64,000 nucleotides of DNA from Geosiphon pyriformis uo1 (Eukaryota > Fungi > Glomeromycota), in NCBI GenBank assembly GCA_016748015.1, contig JAAOMT010000659.1, positions 897,166 through 961,165 of the forward strand. The letters are read 5' to 3'. Both the position numbers and the translations under genes were made by a program. Numbering within the stretch: the first letter of the stretch is position 1; every line of letters begins with the position of its first letter. Under the pieces are notes generated by a model. The model ran no database searches. It was not told where the DNA came from and saw only the letters and a list, made by a program, of their open reading frames with translations. Positions 41,091 to 53,427 of this stretch are shown in pieces.

Positions 41091-41928
41091 TGTTACAGGT
41101 GACTATTTCTGTTGTTGGATTAAATAAAAAAACCTGTAACTTGGTGCTCAAATCTAGTTGCCATTAATAGTGATCTGAAGGTTTTGTATCTGAAGATTTC
41201 GGTTAAAGTTCTTTGTATAATGGACAGAGATTCAATGGTGATAGTTTTATCCGTAGCTTTCCAAAACCGCAGTTTTGTCAATTTTTTTCTCAGCTTGATG
41301 GCTGGTATTCCCCCTGGTAAGTTATCTTCAATCGAGTGTTTTACCCTTATTCCTGGGTCTTTTACCAGTTATGTTTATCCTGACATCAGTGCCCCATGCA
41401 TTAATCCTCAATAGAGTTAGTAAACAACAATAAAATCAAAGCAAGAAAATAAAGAAGAGAAAAGAAAATAAAGAATGAAAAGAAATAAGCCAAGGCAATT
41501 TGTAAGTTTAGTATTCCGTTAATAGCCATAATCAAGAGCTATTGTTCTAGAGTAGTTAAGTATTGATTACTATTAACATGAAGTATTGATAGTGGAAATG
41601 GATTTGAGATAACAAATAGTTATTTATTAAATGATTGTGATTTTAAGAATTGTTTAGATTAAATCTAAACTTGAGAGGTCTGTTTTTTTAGCTTCTAATC
41701 CTACTGCTATATATACATAATTGAGATTTCTCAATTTCTCAATTCTTTGCAACAGGAATCCTGCAATTCCTAATGAAAAGAATCCTGGAATTCTGGAATC
41801 CTGTGATTCCTCGTCAGGGAATCCTAAAATTCTTGGAATCCTAAAATTCCACATTTACTATGTCTACATCTGATTGGCTAATATCTACTGACTAATAATA
41901 CTATATTTCTTATATTCTATGAGTAACA
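41091..41928 (-). repeat. B 3' LTR (838 bp)
   Basis: TGTTAC...GTAACA, direct repeat of 50350-51147. Confidence 0.95.
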
Positions 41929-41941
41929 TTATTCCCTCCTT

Positions 41942-42571
41942 TTAATATTGAGCTCCATCAAAATCTAATTCTTTTAATTCCCCTTCTTGAATTATTTCTT
42001 GAACTTCTTTTTTGAGGATTATTTGTGTTATTTTAGTTTGTAGTTTTTCAAATTGGGCATTGGTTATTTTTCCTAATTGATTACTCATAACTGTATCTAT
42101 TGCTGTGTTGAGTAAAATTTCTGGTCAGTCTTGAAATCTCATATATAGCCAGTAAATGGCTCAAGCTTGTGTGGTTAGATTGTTCTTTTCTACAAATTGT
42201 TCCAGTTGTCTCAGTATTGTTGTGTCAAATAACCGTTTTGTTTTGTCGGTGTACAAATTCTGGATATTTACGTGTTGTTCCAAGTGAAAATGACAATATT
42301 TTTTTGGAAATTGTTGCATCCATCAAGTCCAAGTTTTTCTGATAAGTTCTTGGTGTAATTCGACTATTTGTTGTTCTTTTATGGCCAATTTTATCTTGGT
42401 CATGATCTTGTCAACAATATTTTCAAGTCTTTTCTGTGCTTTGTGTTGTGGTATCTTTGCCATATTTTTGTAACAAATGGTTTGTTAATTGATTGTAATT
42501 TTTATCTCCTGGTGTTGGATTAATTGAAAAATTTGTTGGGCTAGTGAATAGATATTGTCTGTAATTTCCAT
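41942..42571 (-). pseudogene. B ORF3, uncharacterised ~209-aa protein between integrase and 3' LTR
   Basis: One frame MEITDNIYSL...LDFDGAQY* with four internal stops, each explainable by CAA>TAA or CGA>TGA. Homologous to A2 ORF3. Confidence 0.8.
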
Positions 42572-42625
42572 TTTTCTGATCTCTTTTGTCACGTCAACCA
42601 TGTTCTTATATATTCTTTTGTCGAT

Positions 42626-44007
42626 CAATTGGACATGTTATTGTCAATGATAATGATTGGTTCCAGATCTTATGGAATCTCATCTGGTTGGACTAGTATT
42701 CTCTGTATTCCTAATTGTGAAATATTACTGGTAGATGATGATGCTATATGGTGGTATGGTTTCAATCAATCTCCATGTGCTGCTTTGGTCAAGATTTTGT
42801 TATTCAATCTTAATTTGTAAGCTCCATTTTCTAAAATTTCTTCTATGTAAAATGGTCTGTTCTATTTGGGGTCAAATTTTCCACTCCATTGTTTTTCTGC
42901 TTTGGTACAATGTAAGAGTACTTTGTCTCCAATCTTGAATTCAACTGGTTTGTCTGGTAGTTGATTATCATGTCTTTCTTTCTGCTTTTCTTGTGACTTT
43001 TGTATATTATCAGCTGCTCTTTTTCGTTTGTTTTCCAATGTTTCCATTAAGTTATATGTTCTTCTTAACAATGTTTCTTGGAAATTCTCTTTTGTTATTG
43101 GTTCAGTTGGATATGTGGTAACCTCTATCTCAACTGGTAATATTGCTGTTCTACCATATATCAATTCAAATGGTGTTGCTTGTGTGGTGTCTTGCTTCAT
43201 TGTCCAATAAGCTAATAATACTGATGATATGAACAAATTCCATTTGTCTTGGTTTTCTTGGCTGAGTTTCACTATTGTTTTACACAATGTTCTATTAAAT
43301 CTTTCAACTAATCCATTGGTCTGTGGATGGTATAGTAATGATAGTGGTCTCTTAATTCCAAATCTTTGGCTTAGTTCTGCTAATGTTCTATTTACAAAAT
43401 GGGTTCCTTGGTCTGATAATAGTTCTTTTGGACATCTATGTCAACAAATCAAATCTTGATGGACAAATTTAACAATGAATTCTGCATCTGCTCTTTGAAT
43501 TGCTTTTGCTTTTGGCCATTTCATAAGGTAGTCTATGGCTACTGCAATATATCTGTTGCTTCTGCTGGTCATTGTCAATGGTCCGACTAAATCAATTCCA
43601 ATGCAGTCAAATGGTTGTCCCACTTTGATTGGTCTCAATGGTTCACTGGGTCTTGTTCCTTTTTTTCTTTGACAAGCATCACAATTTTGCACATATTGGA
43701 TGATGTCTGGATACATTGATGGCCAATAGTATCTCTTTCTGGTTCTTTCTATGATTGCTTCTTTATGAAAATGTCTTGCAGCTGGATCTGAGTGCATGTT
43801 AAACAGTATTGTCTCTTTTTTTGGTTCTGTAATTACTCTGGTTGGTTGATCTGAATCTTTTCTATTTTTCTGATAAAGTATATTTTGGTGAGTGATAAAA
43901 TATTTGGATTGTTGTTTGATCCTCTTTTGTTCTGATTGAGATAATTTCTCCTTGAACTGTTGAGTATCTATATAATGTTGAAATTGTTGATATTTTTGTG
44001 TGTTCAT
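42626..44007 (-). pseudogene. B integrase (HHCC, DDE, GPF/Y motif; no chromodomain), separate ORF
   Basis: MNTQKY..., H.....H...CDAC, IGIDLVGP, SDQG, NGLVERFN, (W)NRPFYI..L.NGAYKL. Confidence 0.92.
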
Positions 44008-44066
44008 CTTTTGTTATATTTTCGTGAGTCTTGTTTTGGTTGTTATATTTTTGAGTTGAAATGTTC

Positions 44067-47000
44067 TTAGATTTGTCTCATTCATGACAAACTGTCAGCA
44101 TTTCTATTGTCTTTTCCCTTTTTATAATGTATAGTATAATTATATGACGAAAGTGCCATTTTCTATCTTAACTGTCTTCCGTCTCCAAATTTTTGTTTTT
44201 GGAGTGATGTCAATCCTTTGTGATCTGTATACATCTCAAACTTTTGGCTCAAGTATTCTTTCTATTTCATAACTGCCCAGTATATCGCTAAGTGTTCTTG
44301 TTCTAGTGTTCCATAGTTCTTTTCAGCTGGTGTTAAACCTCTGCTGGCATATGCTATTGGATGTTTTCTGCTGTCTGGTCCTTTCTGAGATAGTACCACT
44401 TCTAATGCTTGGCCAAATGCATCAGTGGTGATAATGAATGGTTTGCTGTGATCTGGATAGATCAATACTAGAGCTTAAATGAGCTTTCTTTTCAAAATAT
44501 CAAAAGCTTCTTGTTGACTTTCTGTCCATTCATATTTTGTATTCTTGGTTTGCAGTTGGTTGAGTGGCTGCACTATCTTGGAAAAGTTCTTGATAAAACA
44601 TTGATAGTAGTTGGCAAATTCCAAGAATAATTTCAGTTTTGTCATATTGGTCAGCACTGGAAAGTTCTTTACTATCTCTATTTTCTCTGGATCTGTTTTG
44701 ATGCCATCTTTGCTGACTATGTGTCCCAAGAATTTTAGTTCTGTCTTGCCGAAAAAACACTTTGTTGCATTCAATTTTAATCCTGCTTGTCATAGTCTTT
44801 CAAATACTTGTTGGAGATGATGTAAATGATCATCAAATGTTTTTGAAAACACATTGGTATTATCCAAGTATACAACTACTGATTTTCACAATAAACTGGT
44901 GTACACAATTTCTATTAGCCATTGGAATGTAGCTGGAGCATTGGTTAAGCTAAATGGCATAACTTCAAACTCAAAGTTTCCTTCTCTTGTGGTGAACGCC
45001 GTTTTTTCTTTGTTGGCTGGATCCATGACTACTTATTAGTAACCACTATCCAAGTCTAATATTGAGAACCATTTGTTTCCACTGAAAGCATTGAATAATT
45101 CTTGTATCCATGGAGTTGAATAACTATTTCCACAAGTTACATCATTAAGTTTTCTGTAATCTACACAAAATTGGATTTTTCCATTCTTTTTTCGGACGAG
45201 TACTACTGGTAATGACCATGGGCTCATAGATGGCTGAATTAGCCCATTGTCAAGCATTTGATTGATCTCTTAACAAATGATTTCATGGCTGGCTGGTGGT
45301 ATTTTATATGCTCACTGTTTGATTGGCATTGTATCTTCAGTCTTGATTTGATGTTAGATGATGTCAGTTCTGCCGAATTTGTTTTCATTGGCAAAGATGT
45401 CATTGAAATTGTTGAGTAACATCTTGAGCTGTATACATTGTAGTGGGTCTAAATTTCTCATGTTCATTTGTTCTAATTGTTCTGGTTGGAGCAAATAACA
45501 TTTGTCTCGTCTATAAATTGTTTGTAATGTGATGTTGACATATTCACAAAATTGTGGAAAGTCTAGAATGGGGTTTGGTGGTTGGTTTTCTATTTCTGTG
45601 ATTAAATATCTGATGGTGGTTCCTTCTGATATGTTGATGACATTGCCAGTGTTATTGTAGATGGGAATTTTTATGTGGCTATAGCTTTTAGCTGATATGT
45701 GGAGATTGATCAGTCCAATCTCTCCTAATTCACAAAGGTTTGCTTCAGCTTCAAAAATCTGTTCTTGCTCCTTTTTTTTCTTTTTTATTGCTAGCATGTA
45801 CTGGCTAAATGATGGAATGAAAATAGCTTGACTGGTTAAAATAATTTCTTCTTGGCCAATAATTTCTTCCTCTGCCATATTAACTGGTACATCTATTTTA
45901 TCCATTGACCCAAATCCCTGTATCCCTCTTATTGTTATTCCTAACTCTTCCCTATTTCCTACTAATATTAACTGAGCTATCTTAACCAAAGGTAAGAATA
46001 TTGCCTGTACTATCTTTTTGTTTGGCTCTATTATATAGGTCTTTTTTGAGTCATTTTGTAGTATGGCAATGATATTTCCTACATATCCCGTGTCAATTAT
46101 TCCTCCTCTTATATTAATCCCTCTTTTTGCTAAACTACTCCGGAATGCTAGTTGAACTATTGTTGTTGCTGGGATTTCCAGTGCTATTTTCAGATCAATG
46201 CAAGTGCATGAATGTGGTTCCAATTTGATAGCATTTTTTCTTGGATACCTCAAATCAAATCTGGCATCAGTATCATGCATGCATTCTGACATAATACTTT
46301 CATTATTATCGCTGAACCATTTCAGTTTTTGTTTCTTGGTGAGGTCAGAAAGTGCAATATATTGTTCATAGTTTGAGTCAGAGTTTGAATTTGAGTTGAT
46401 ATTGTTATCATTGTCATTGCTATTTTGAATGGAGCTGGAACCATTATTCTCGTCATCATCATTGTCGGAGTTTAAATCAGGATTGAATGGTAATTTCAAC
46501 TTCAATGCACAGCTGCTGATTGGTTCTTCCTCTTCAGGGATCATGTAGATCATCCATGGTGGTGGATTGTAAATGAGGTCACAATCGTTACAATATTCAA
46601 AGTCACTGGAAATTAAACAATGGTGACACAGTCTTGTATTCAACTGTGCTAGCTGTTGTTTTTGCTCCTCTCTAGTGGGTGCCAAGTTTTGGTAGTGTTC
46701 ATGAAATTCTTCTGGTTCTAGGAAGTTTATGACTGGCTCTGCATCTCAGTTAAGCTCGATGGGTTCTGGTGGGTTGTTTTTAATTATTCTGATTTCTTCT
46801 GGCAACGTGCCTTCAATTTTGGTGATTGCCATTTGCCATAATTCATCATCATCGTGTGAACAACTGTCCAATCACTGTACAGCTCTTTTCCAGACGGCTT
46901 CTATTGGTGTTTCTTTCTCGACCTAGTCACTGATGAGGATTGTGTATTGGTAGAAAATGTTGCACATTCCTCCTTTCCCAAGAATGTCGTTCCACATTCC

Positions 47001-50000
47001 TTCATTGAAGAGAGTTTCTCCACAGGCTAAACATAGTGTATTATCCCATTTTCCCACTCATTTTGGTCTTCCAAAACGTTCGACAAGGCATGTGTGGCAA
47101 TAGAACTTGGTTGCTGTCTGATATTCTTCATTGTCGCCACAGCATGTGCCCATTGACAACAATTTCTTGCCACAATCAATACACACTAGTTTGAATCAGC
47201 GATAAGTGAATTGTTGTGGTGTTGTGTGTTGATAGGAAGTATACGTGTTTTTTGGCAGTGGCTCTTCTTTTTTTGCTTTTCCTTTTCCTTTGTTGCTTTT
47301 TTCCCATTCCCAGCTTGGTGTCAATTCCCTTTTATTGTTGTTGATCCAGATCAAGTCATCCATTTCCCAGGTATGTTCTTCTGTTTCTGTTCCTTTTCCC
47401 TTTACATTGTTCTTTTCTTCCCAATCTAGAATTGGCAGTAGCTTGTTGTGCTCGATGTCAGCTCATAATACTTGGTACGCCTCCCAAGTAGGCTTTGGTT
47501 TTTCCTCTTCGAAATTGATAAGCAGCATTGATGACATAATGTTGTTAGGTTTGAAATGGCCACACATGGCTGGTACTTGCATGTATTGGCCATTTTGGCT
47601 GAGTTGGAGTTCCTGTGTGTTCCAGTCAAACATTGCGTTGGTTTTAAACAACCAGTTGTTGCCAATGAGAGCTTAGTATTAAGTTGCTTCTATTACTAGT
47701 ACCTTGATTGGTACAGTAATGCTGTTGATTTCAATAGGTAGATTGTTAATCTCACCAATGGGAGTTTTGGTTGCTCCATTGGCTGTTATGATTCTGGTGC
47801 TGGCAGCACAATTAATTTAGTGACCTAATTGGTCCATGAGTTGTCATGTGATAATGCTGCCTGCTGACCCACTATCAAGAATGAGTTTGATAGAATGGCC
47901 ATCAATTTTTGGCATCAGTATACATCGCTATGATGGGTTTTTCCTCAATAGCAACTTCACTGAACAAAAGAACTTCTGATGTTTCCTCAATTTCAAATGA
48001 AAATATGGCTGTGAGTGACTTGTTTTCTGTAATGGTGGCTGGTGAGATATTGCTGGTAAGTGTTAATTGTAGGTTGGTTTTCAGTTCATTGGGTTGGACA
48101 TCTTCTGGGGTAACCAGAAGACTTAAATAGTTCTGGAAATTTGGGTTTTAGATGGAACCGGTACCCGAATTCCACTGTTGAAAGCCTGATGGTTGGTGAA
48201 AGAAGCTGGGAGTCAGTTGATGTACAACCATCACCAATCTCCAGTTTTGAGTGATTCTAGATCTTGGGTTTTCTAATGTCATTTGAGTGGGGTTTTGGGG
48301 TGGCATTTGAATTGGTTGTTGGGGCTGATAAATTATTTGGGGTTGCGGCTGATAGATTACTGGTGGCTGTAGTTGATAAATTGGAGGTTGATATACTGGT
48401 AGTTGATAGATTGGTTGTTGTGTCATTGGCAAGTAAGTGGTTTGATATTGGTCTTGATTTGGGTAGCAATTTTGAGTCTGAAATCTGTAATCAGGGTTTT
48501 GATATTGATTTTCCGATCATGAATAGTTGCTATAAAATCTGCAGTCTGCTTTTATGTGTCCTTGTTTACTACAGTTGTAACAAACATGTGTTTCTGGCTG
48601 CCATGACTGATTAGGTGCTGCTGATAATGGATGTGACTGATTTTGGAAATGATTCGCATTTCCTGGATTATTGCGTCATTTTAGTAGTTGATAAATGGTG
48701 TGATTGTCAGCTAAGTATCTTTCTAATTTCTGATTAATTGAATCACTGAATTGTTTCAATTTGGAATCCAATTCAGATGATCCATTCATCACTAAGTTTA
48801 CAGCATGGGTGTGATTGGCTTCTAATTCGGCAGATTCAAAATCTCTGGCATATGTGACTGTGTTCTGGAGAGTGGCTGGATGCAATGGGCATATGTGTTG
48901 TAGGATGCTACTGCACAGATCACAAATGAATTGATTGAGAATTTGTGGTGCTATGAAATAATTAGTATCAATTGCTTGGATTTGTCGCAGATTTCTATGG
49001 AAGCATCTCAAATATGTGGTAACTGCTTCAGTTTCTTCTTGTTTAATTGTAGTGAAAGTGTTGGCTAATCTGTTGATACTGTTGTTATTGCTAAAATATC
49101 TCAAAAATTCTAGTTTGAAGGCATTAAAATCTTGGAGTTTGTTAACCAGGCTTTGATACTATGAGTCTGCTGTATTCTTGAGAAAATAGGGTATGGCTTG
49201 CATGACTCTGGCATCATTCTATTCATTGGCTGCAATGGCTTTTTCTATATTGTTTAGCCAAACTTGTGCATTGTTTTTTTCACTGGTGAATTTGTCGAGC
49301 TTTACGATTGGTGCATATGCTATTTGTTGTTGTTGCTGTGGTAGAAGTTGTTGTTGTTGTTAAGGCAGTACTGGGGGTAGTTGTTGATTTTGTTGATTTG
49401 GTGTTTAGATGGGCTGGCCAATTGGTTCAACTGGTGGTTAATTGATGATGATAACTGGAGGTAAGTGCTGATTAATTACTTTGGGGTTTTGATTTTGCGG
49501 TGCTTGAATATTTGGGGTTTTGATTTCTGGATTTTCTTGCTGAGTTTGAACATTCGGGGTTCCAAATTCCAGGTTTTCAAGGATCGGGTTTTGGTAAGTA
49601 AATTCTTGATCTTTCAATTCCTCTTCCTCTTCTTCTTCAGATAGTTTTCACGGGGTAGCAGTTCCAAAGTCTGGTTGAGACGGCAGTGATTGAATTCCTA
49701 ATGATGTTGGTAATCATGATTTAAATCCTTCAAAATATTTGCCTTATGGTCCTAATAACTCCTGCTTTTTTTTGTTTACTTTGGAATGAAAATTGTCCAA
49801 ATGTTGATGTCACGTTTGGTGTGAACATGCCTGCAGATGAAATATTGATAGTGCTTCTGAGTGTGTAATGATATGATGAATATGGTTGAGATTCAATTCT
49901 TTGTTTCTTTCAGATTGGTAGTTGTATCTCTTTAGGCATTACTGCTGGTGTTTGTAACCTTCTTTTGCCTTTATCTGCATAGGTGATAGGAAATTGTTGT

Positions 50001-50287
50001 TGAGTGTACCTTTCAATAGTTTGGTTGATTTCTCTAATTATTGATGTGAAACTATAGTTCCTTGGTAAGTTGGTGTGTTGATATAATTTTGTGTAAAAGT
50101 TTTCTCTTGCTGCTTCAATGTTAACTGTTCCTCCTAAGCATTTAGTGATTTTGTCATTGACATAGAAGTTGAAGACTAATTCGGTTGGGTAATGATTACT
50201 GTTTAATCCTAATTGTTGGCTGTATTGTTGAAACAAAGATTTCGCAAATCCTAAATGGTTTGCTCCTATATTTTCTGATTCTGCCAC
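44067..50287 (-). pseudogene. B gag-PR-Cys-rich-dUTPase-RT-RNase H
   Basis: CYNCSKQGHIKADC, LILDSGSAGS, dUTPase ARFDL / RSS / GGIIDTGYVG / QGFGS (in 45354-46685), RT PWS.PVVLVRKK, FCVDYRKLN and YLD(D), RNase H IITTDA...PIAYASR. Confidence 0.92.
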
Positions 50288-50349
50288 TTTTGGTTTGTTC
50301 TTGTTGATGCTAGTTCTCTGTAGGATTATACCTCACAGGGAGCACCAAA

Positions 50350-51147
50350 TGTTACAGGTAACTATTTCTGTTGTTGAATTAAATAAAAAAACCTCTAACT
50401 TGGTGCTTAAATCTAGTTGCCATTGATAGTGATCTGAAGGTTTTGTATCTGAAGGTTTCAATTGAAGTTCTTTGTATAATAGACAGAGATTCAATGGTGA
50501 TAGTTTTATCCATAGCTTCCCGAAACCACAGTTTTATCAATTTCTTTCTCAGCTTGGTGGCTGGTATTCTTTTTGGTAAGCTATCCTCAATCAAGTGTTC
50601 TATCCTTATTCCTGGGTCTTTTACCAGTCACATTTATCCTGACATTAGTGCTCCGCATGTTAATCCTCAATAGAGTTAGTAAACAACAATAAAATCAAAG
50701 CAAGAAAATAAAGAAGAGAAAAGAAAATAAAGAATAAAAAGAAATAAGCCAAGGCGATTTGTAAGTTTAGTATTCTGTCAATAGCCATGATCAAGAGCTA
50801 TTGTTCCAGAGTGGTTAAGTATTGATTACTATCAACATAAAGTGTTGATAGTGGAAATAGATTTGAGATAACAAATAGTTATTTATTAAATGATTGTGAT
50901 TTTGAAAATTGCTTAGATTAAATCTAAACTTGAGAGGTCTGTCTTTTCAGCTTCTAATCCTACTGCTATATATACATAATTAAGATTTCTCAATTCCTCA
51001 ATTCTTTGCGACAGGAATCCTGGAATTCCTGAAATCCTGCAATTCTTCTAAGAGAAATCTTAGAATTCCACACTTACTACGTCTACATCTGATTGGCTAA
51101 TATCTACTGACTAATAATATTATATTTCCTATATTCTATAAGTAATA
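50350..51147 (-). repeat. B 5' LTR (798 bp)
   Basis: Adjacent to the PBS. 40 bp shorter than the 3' LTR in a GGAATCCT-type tandem array. Confidence 0.95.
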
Positions 51148-53427
51148 CTGGATATGATCTAAGATACCCAGGAAAAGATACTTTAGTTCTCCAACCAAAG
51201 TCCTTGACAAAAATCAATCTCAAAATTGCTCTTGAAATATTACTAGGAGCAATAGTTCAAATTGTCTCCAAATCATCATTGGCAAGCAAAGGAATCAATA
51301 TTAGAGAAGGAGTTATAGATGCAGGATATACTGAAGACATTACCATCATGTTGCAAAATAAAACAGACAAACCATTCAAGATTGAACATGCTGAAAAAAT
51401 TGCTCAAGCAATTTACCTACCCTTAATTAATATTTTGGGTCTACAATCAGTTAACAACAGAGAACAATTGAGAAAAAATGAAAGAAGAATGCAAGGTTTT
51501 GGTTCAACTGGACAATTTACAGTTCCAATAAACATAGCCCTTAATATACAAAATGAATCTCACCAGATTCTTTAACTTCTCCAACCAATTACCATTTCAC
51601 TTTTTGGAGAACATTACAAAATTTACACTTGCTTAAAACCCACTATTACTCAACAAATCTTTGAATCCAATGAACAAATCTGTTTGAAGTATGAAATCTC
51701 AATTCCAAACGTTTATATTCCCAAAGGAATGAAAAAATTTTGAGTTACATTCTATAATCCCAATAATTACTCTATTGTATTATTAAACAAATTAGAAATT
51801 GGAATCATACACAGCAATATTTTTCAAGATAAAAACTCTCAAATTGTCTCTAATTTTATCGAAATTATAAGGCACACTCTACTCCCAAATCCAAATATCA
51901 TTTCCACCACTGAAAACTATTATTTTTTGGAAGAAAAACTCTCTTAAATCAACATGGGTCCCTTAGAACCTCAACAACAAAGACAATTAAAACAATTGAT
52001 AGCTGAATTTGCAGATATATTTGCAAAAGACAACAATGACCTGAGAAAAACGGATATTATTCAACATCAGATTCATACAGGAGATGCTCCACCAAAACAT
52101 CAGCAAGCTTACAGAGTGTCACCTGCCAGCCACCAATTCATCAGAGAAAAAGTCCAGAGAATGCTCAATAATAGATTGATTTAATTATTAAAAAGTCCTT
52201 GGGCCTTACCAGTAGTCCTTGTTAAAAAGAAAAATGGAAAAATCAAATTTTGTGTTGACTATTGCCAATTGAACAATATGACAATTGGAGATGCCTATCT
52301 TCTTCCAAGAATTGATGACATGCTAGATGTTCTAGAAAAAGCCAAGTTCTTCTCAACTTTAGACTTGGAAAGTAAATACTGGCAAGTCGAAATAGACCCA
52401 AAAAACCTACCCAAAACAGCATTTACCACCCAGGAAGGAAACTATGAGTTCAATATTATGCCTTTTGAACTTTGCAATGCATCAGCAACATTCCAGCAAC
52501 TTATGGATGTTGTATATGAAGGACTCTTATGGCAATCAGTAATTGTCTATCTTGATGACACTGATGTATACTCACCAAGCTTTGAAGCTCACCTCATTCA
52601 CCTACAAGAAGTTTTTTAACAATTATGGAAAGCAGAATTAAAGTTAAACATTGAGAAATGTCACTTTGGAAAAACAAGCTTAATCTTTCTTGGACACATT
52701 GTGAGCAAAGATAGAGTTAAACCAAACCCTGGAACAATCAGTGCTGTCAAAAACTTCCAAACTCCCAAAAATATTACAGAGCTATGAAGATTTGTAGGAT
52801 TAGCCTCCTACTATTGGAAATTCATCAAAGAATTCTCAGAAATTGCCAAACTACTTAATTATCTTACCAACAAAAATGTGCTATACAAATGGGTGGAAGA
52901 ACAACAAAAAGCTTTTGAAACTCTCAAAACAAGATTGACAACAGTTCCAGTTCTTGCTTACTCAGATTTCAACAAATAGTTCCAACTAGCCACTAATGCT
53001 TCACATATAGCATTTGGTGCCATCCTATCACAATTAGATAAAAATGGCCAGAAACAAGTCATTGTCTATGCCAGTAGAACATTCAAGCCAACAGAACTCA
53101 AATATGGCTCAACTGAATTGGAAGCTGTTGCAGTTATTTGGGCTCTTAAACATTTTCAACAATATCTGAAGAATGGAAAAAAATTTGATATCATAACTAA
53201 CAATATTGGTCTTAAATGGCTTAATAAAAAGAAAACTGAACAAAGTATCAAACAGTCTTAATGGAATAACTTTTTAGCAGACTACAAATATATTGTACAC
53301 CACAAACCAAAAAAACTACACACTAATGTTGACAGTCTCTCAAAAATAAAACAATATTAATACCAACATTAACACCAACAAAACACCAACAAACTTAACA
53401 GCAAAACAAACAACAAAATCAACAACA

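Larger units (their letters stand above)
41091..51147 (-). mobile_element. Ty3/Gypsy family B, full length (10,057 bp), inserted into the A2 dUTPase
   Basis: LTRs 50350-51147 (5') and 41091-41928 (3'). TSD CTGG (41087-41090, 51148-51151). PBS TGGTGCTCCCTGTGAGG at 50331-50347, PPT AAAAGGAGGGAATAA at ~41929-41943. Confidence 0.96.
37676..53360 (+). pseudogene. A2 gag-PR-Cys-rich-dUTPase-RT-RNase H (interrupted by element B at 41091-51147)
   Basis: Gag 37676-39760, protease LDSG at ~39770, dUTPase DAG|YDLRYP split by B, RT VIVYLDDT at ~52545, RNase H LAT(D)AS...ELEAVAV..AL, stop TAA at 53358. Confidence 0.92.

Noticed and set aside
41942-42571. ORF3 as a retroviral envelope gene
   Set aside because: Too short, with no signal peptide, furin site or transmembrane helix.
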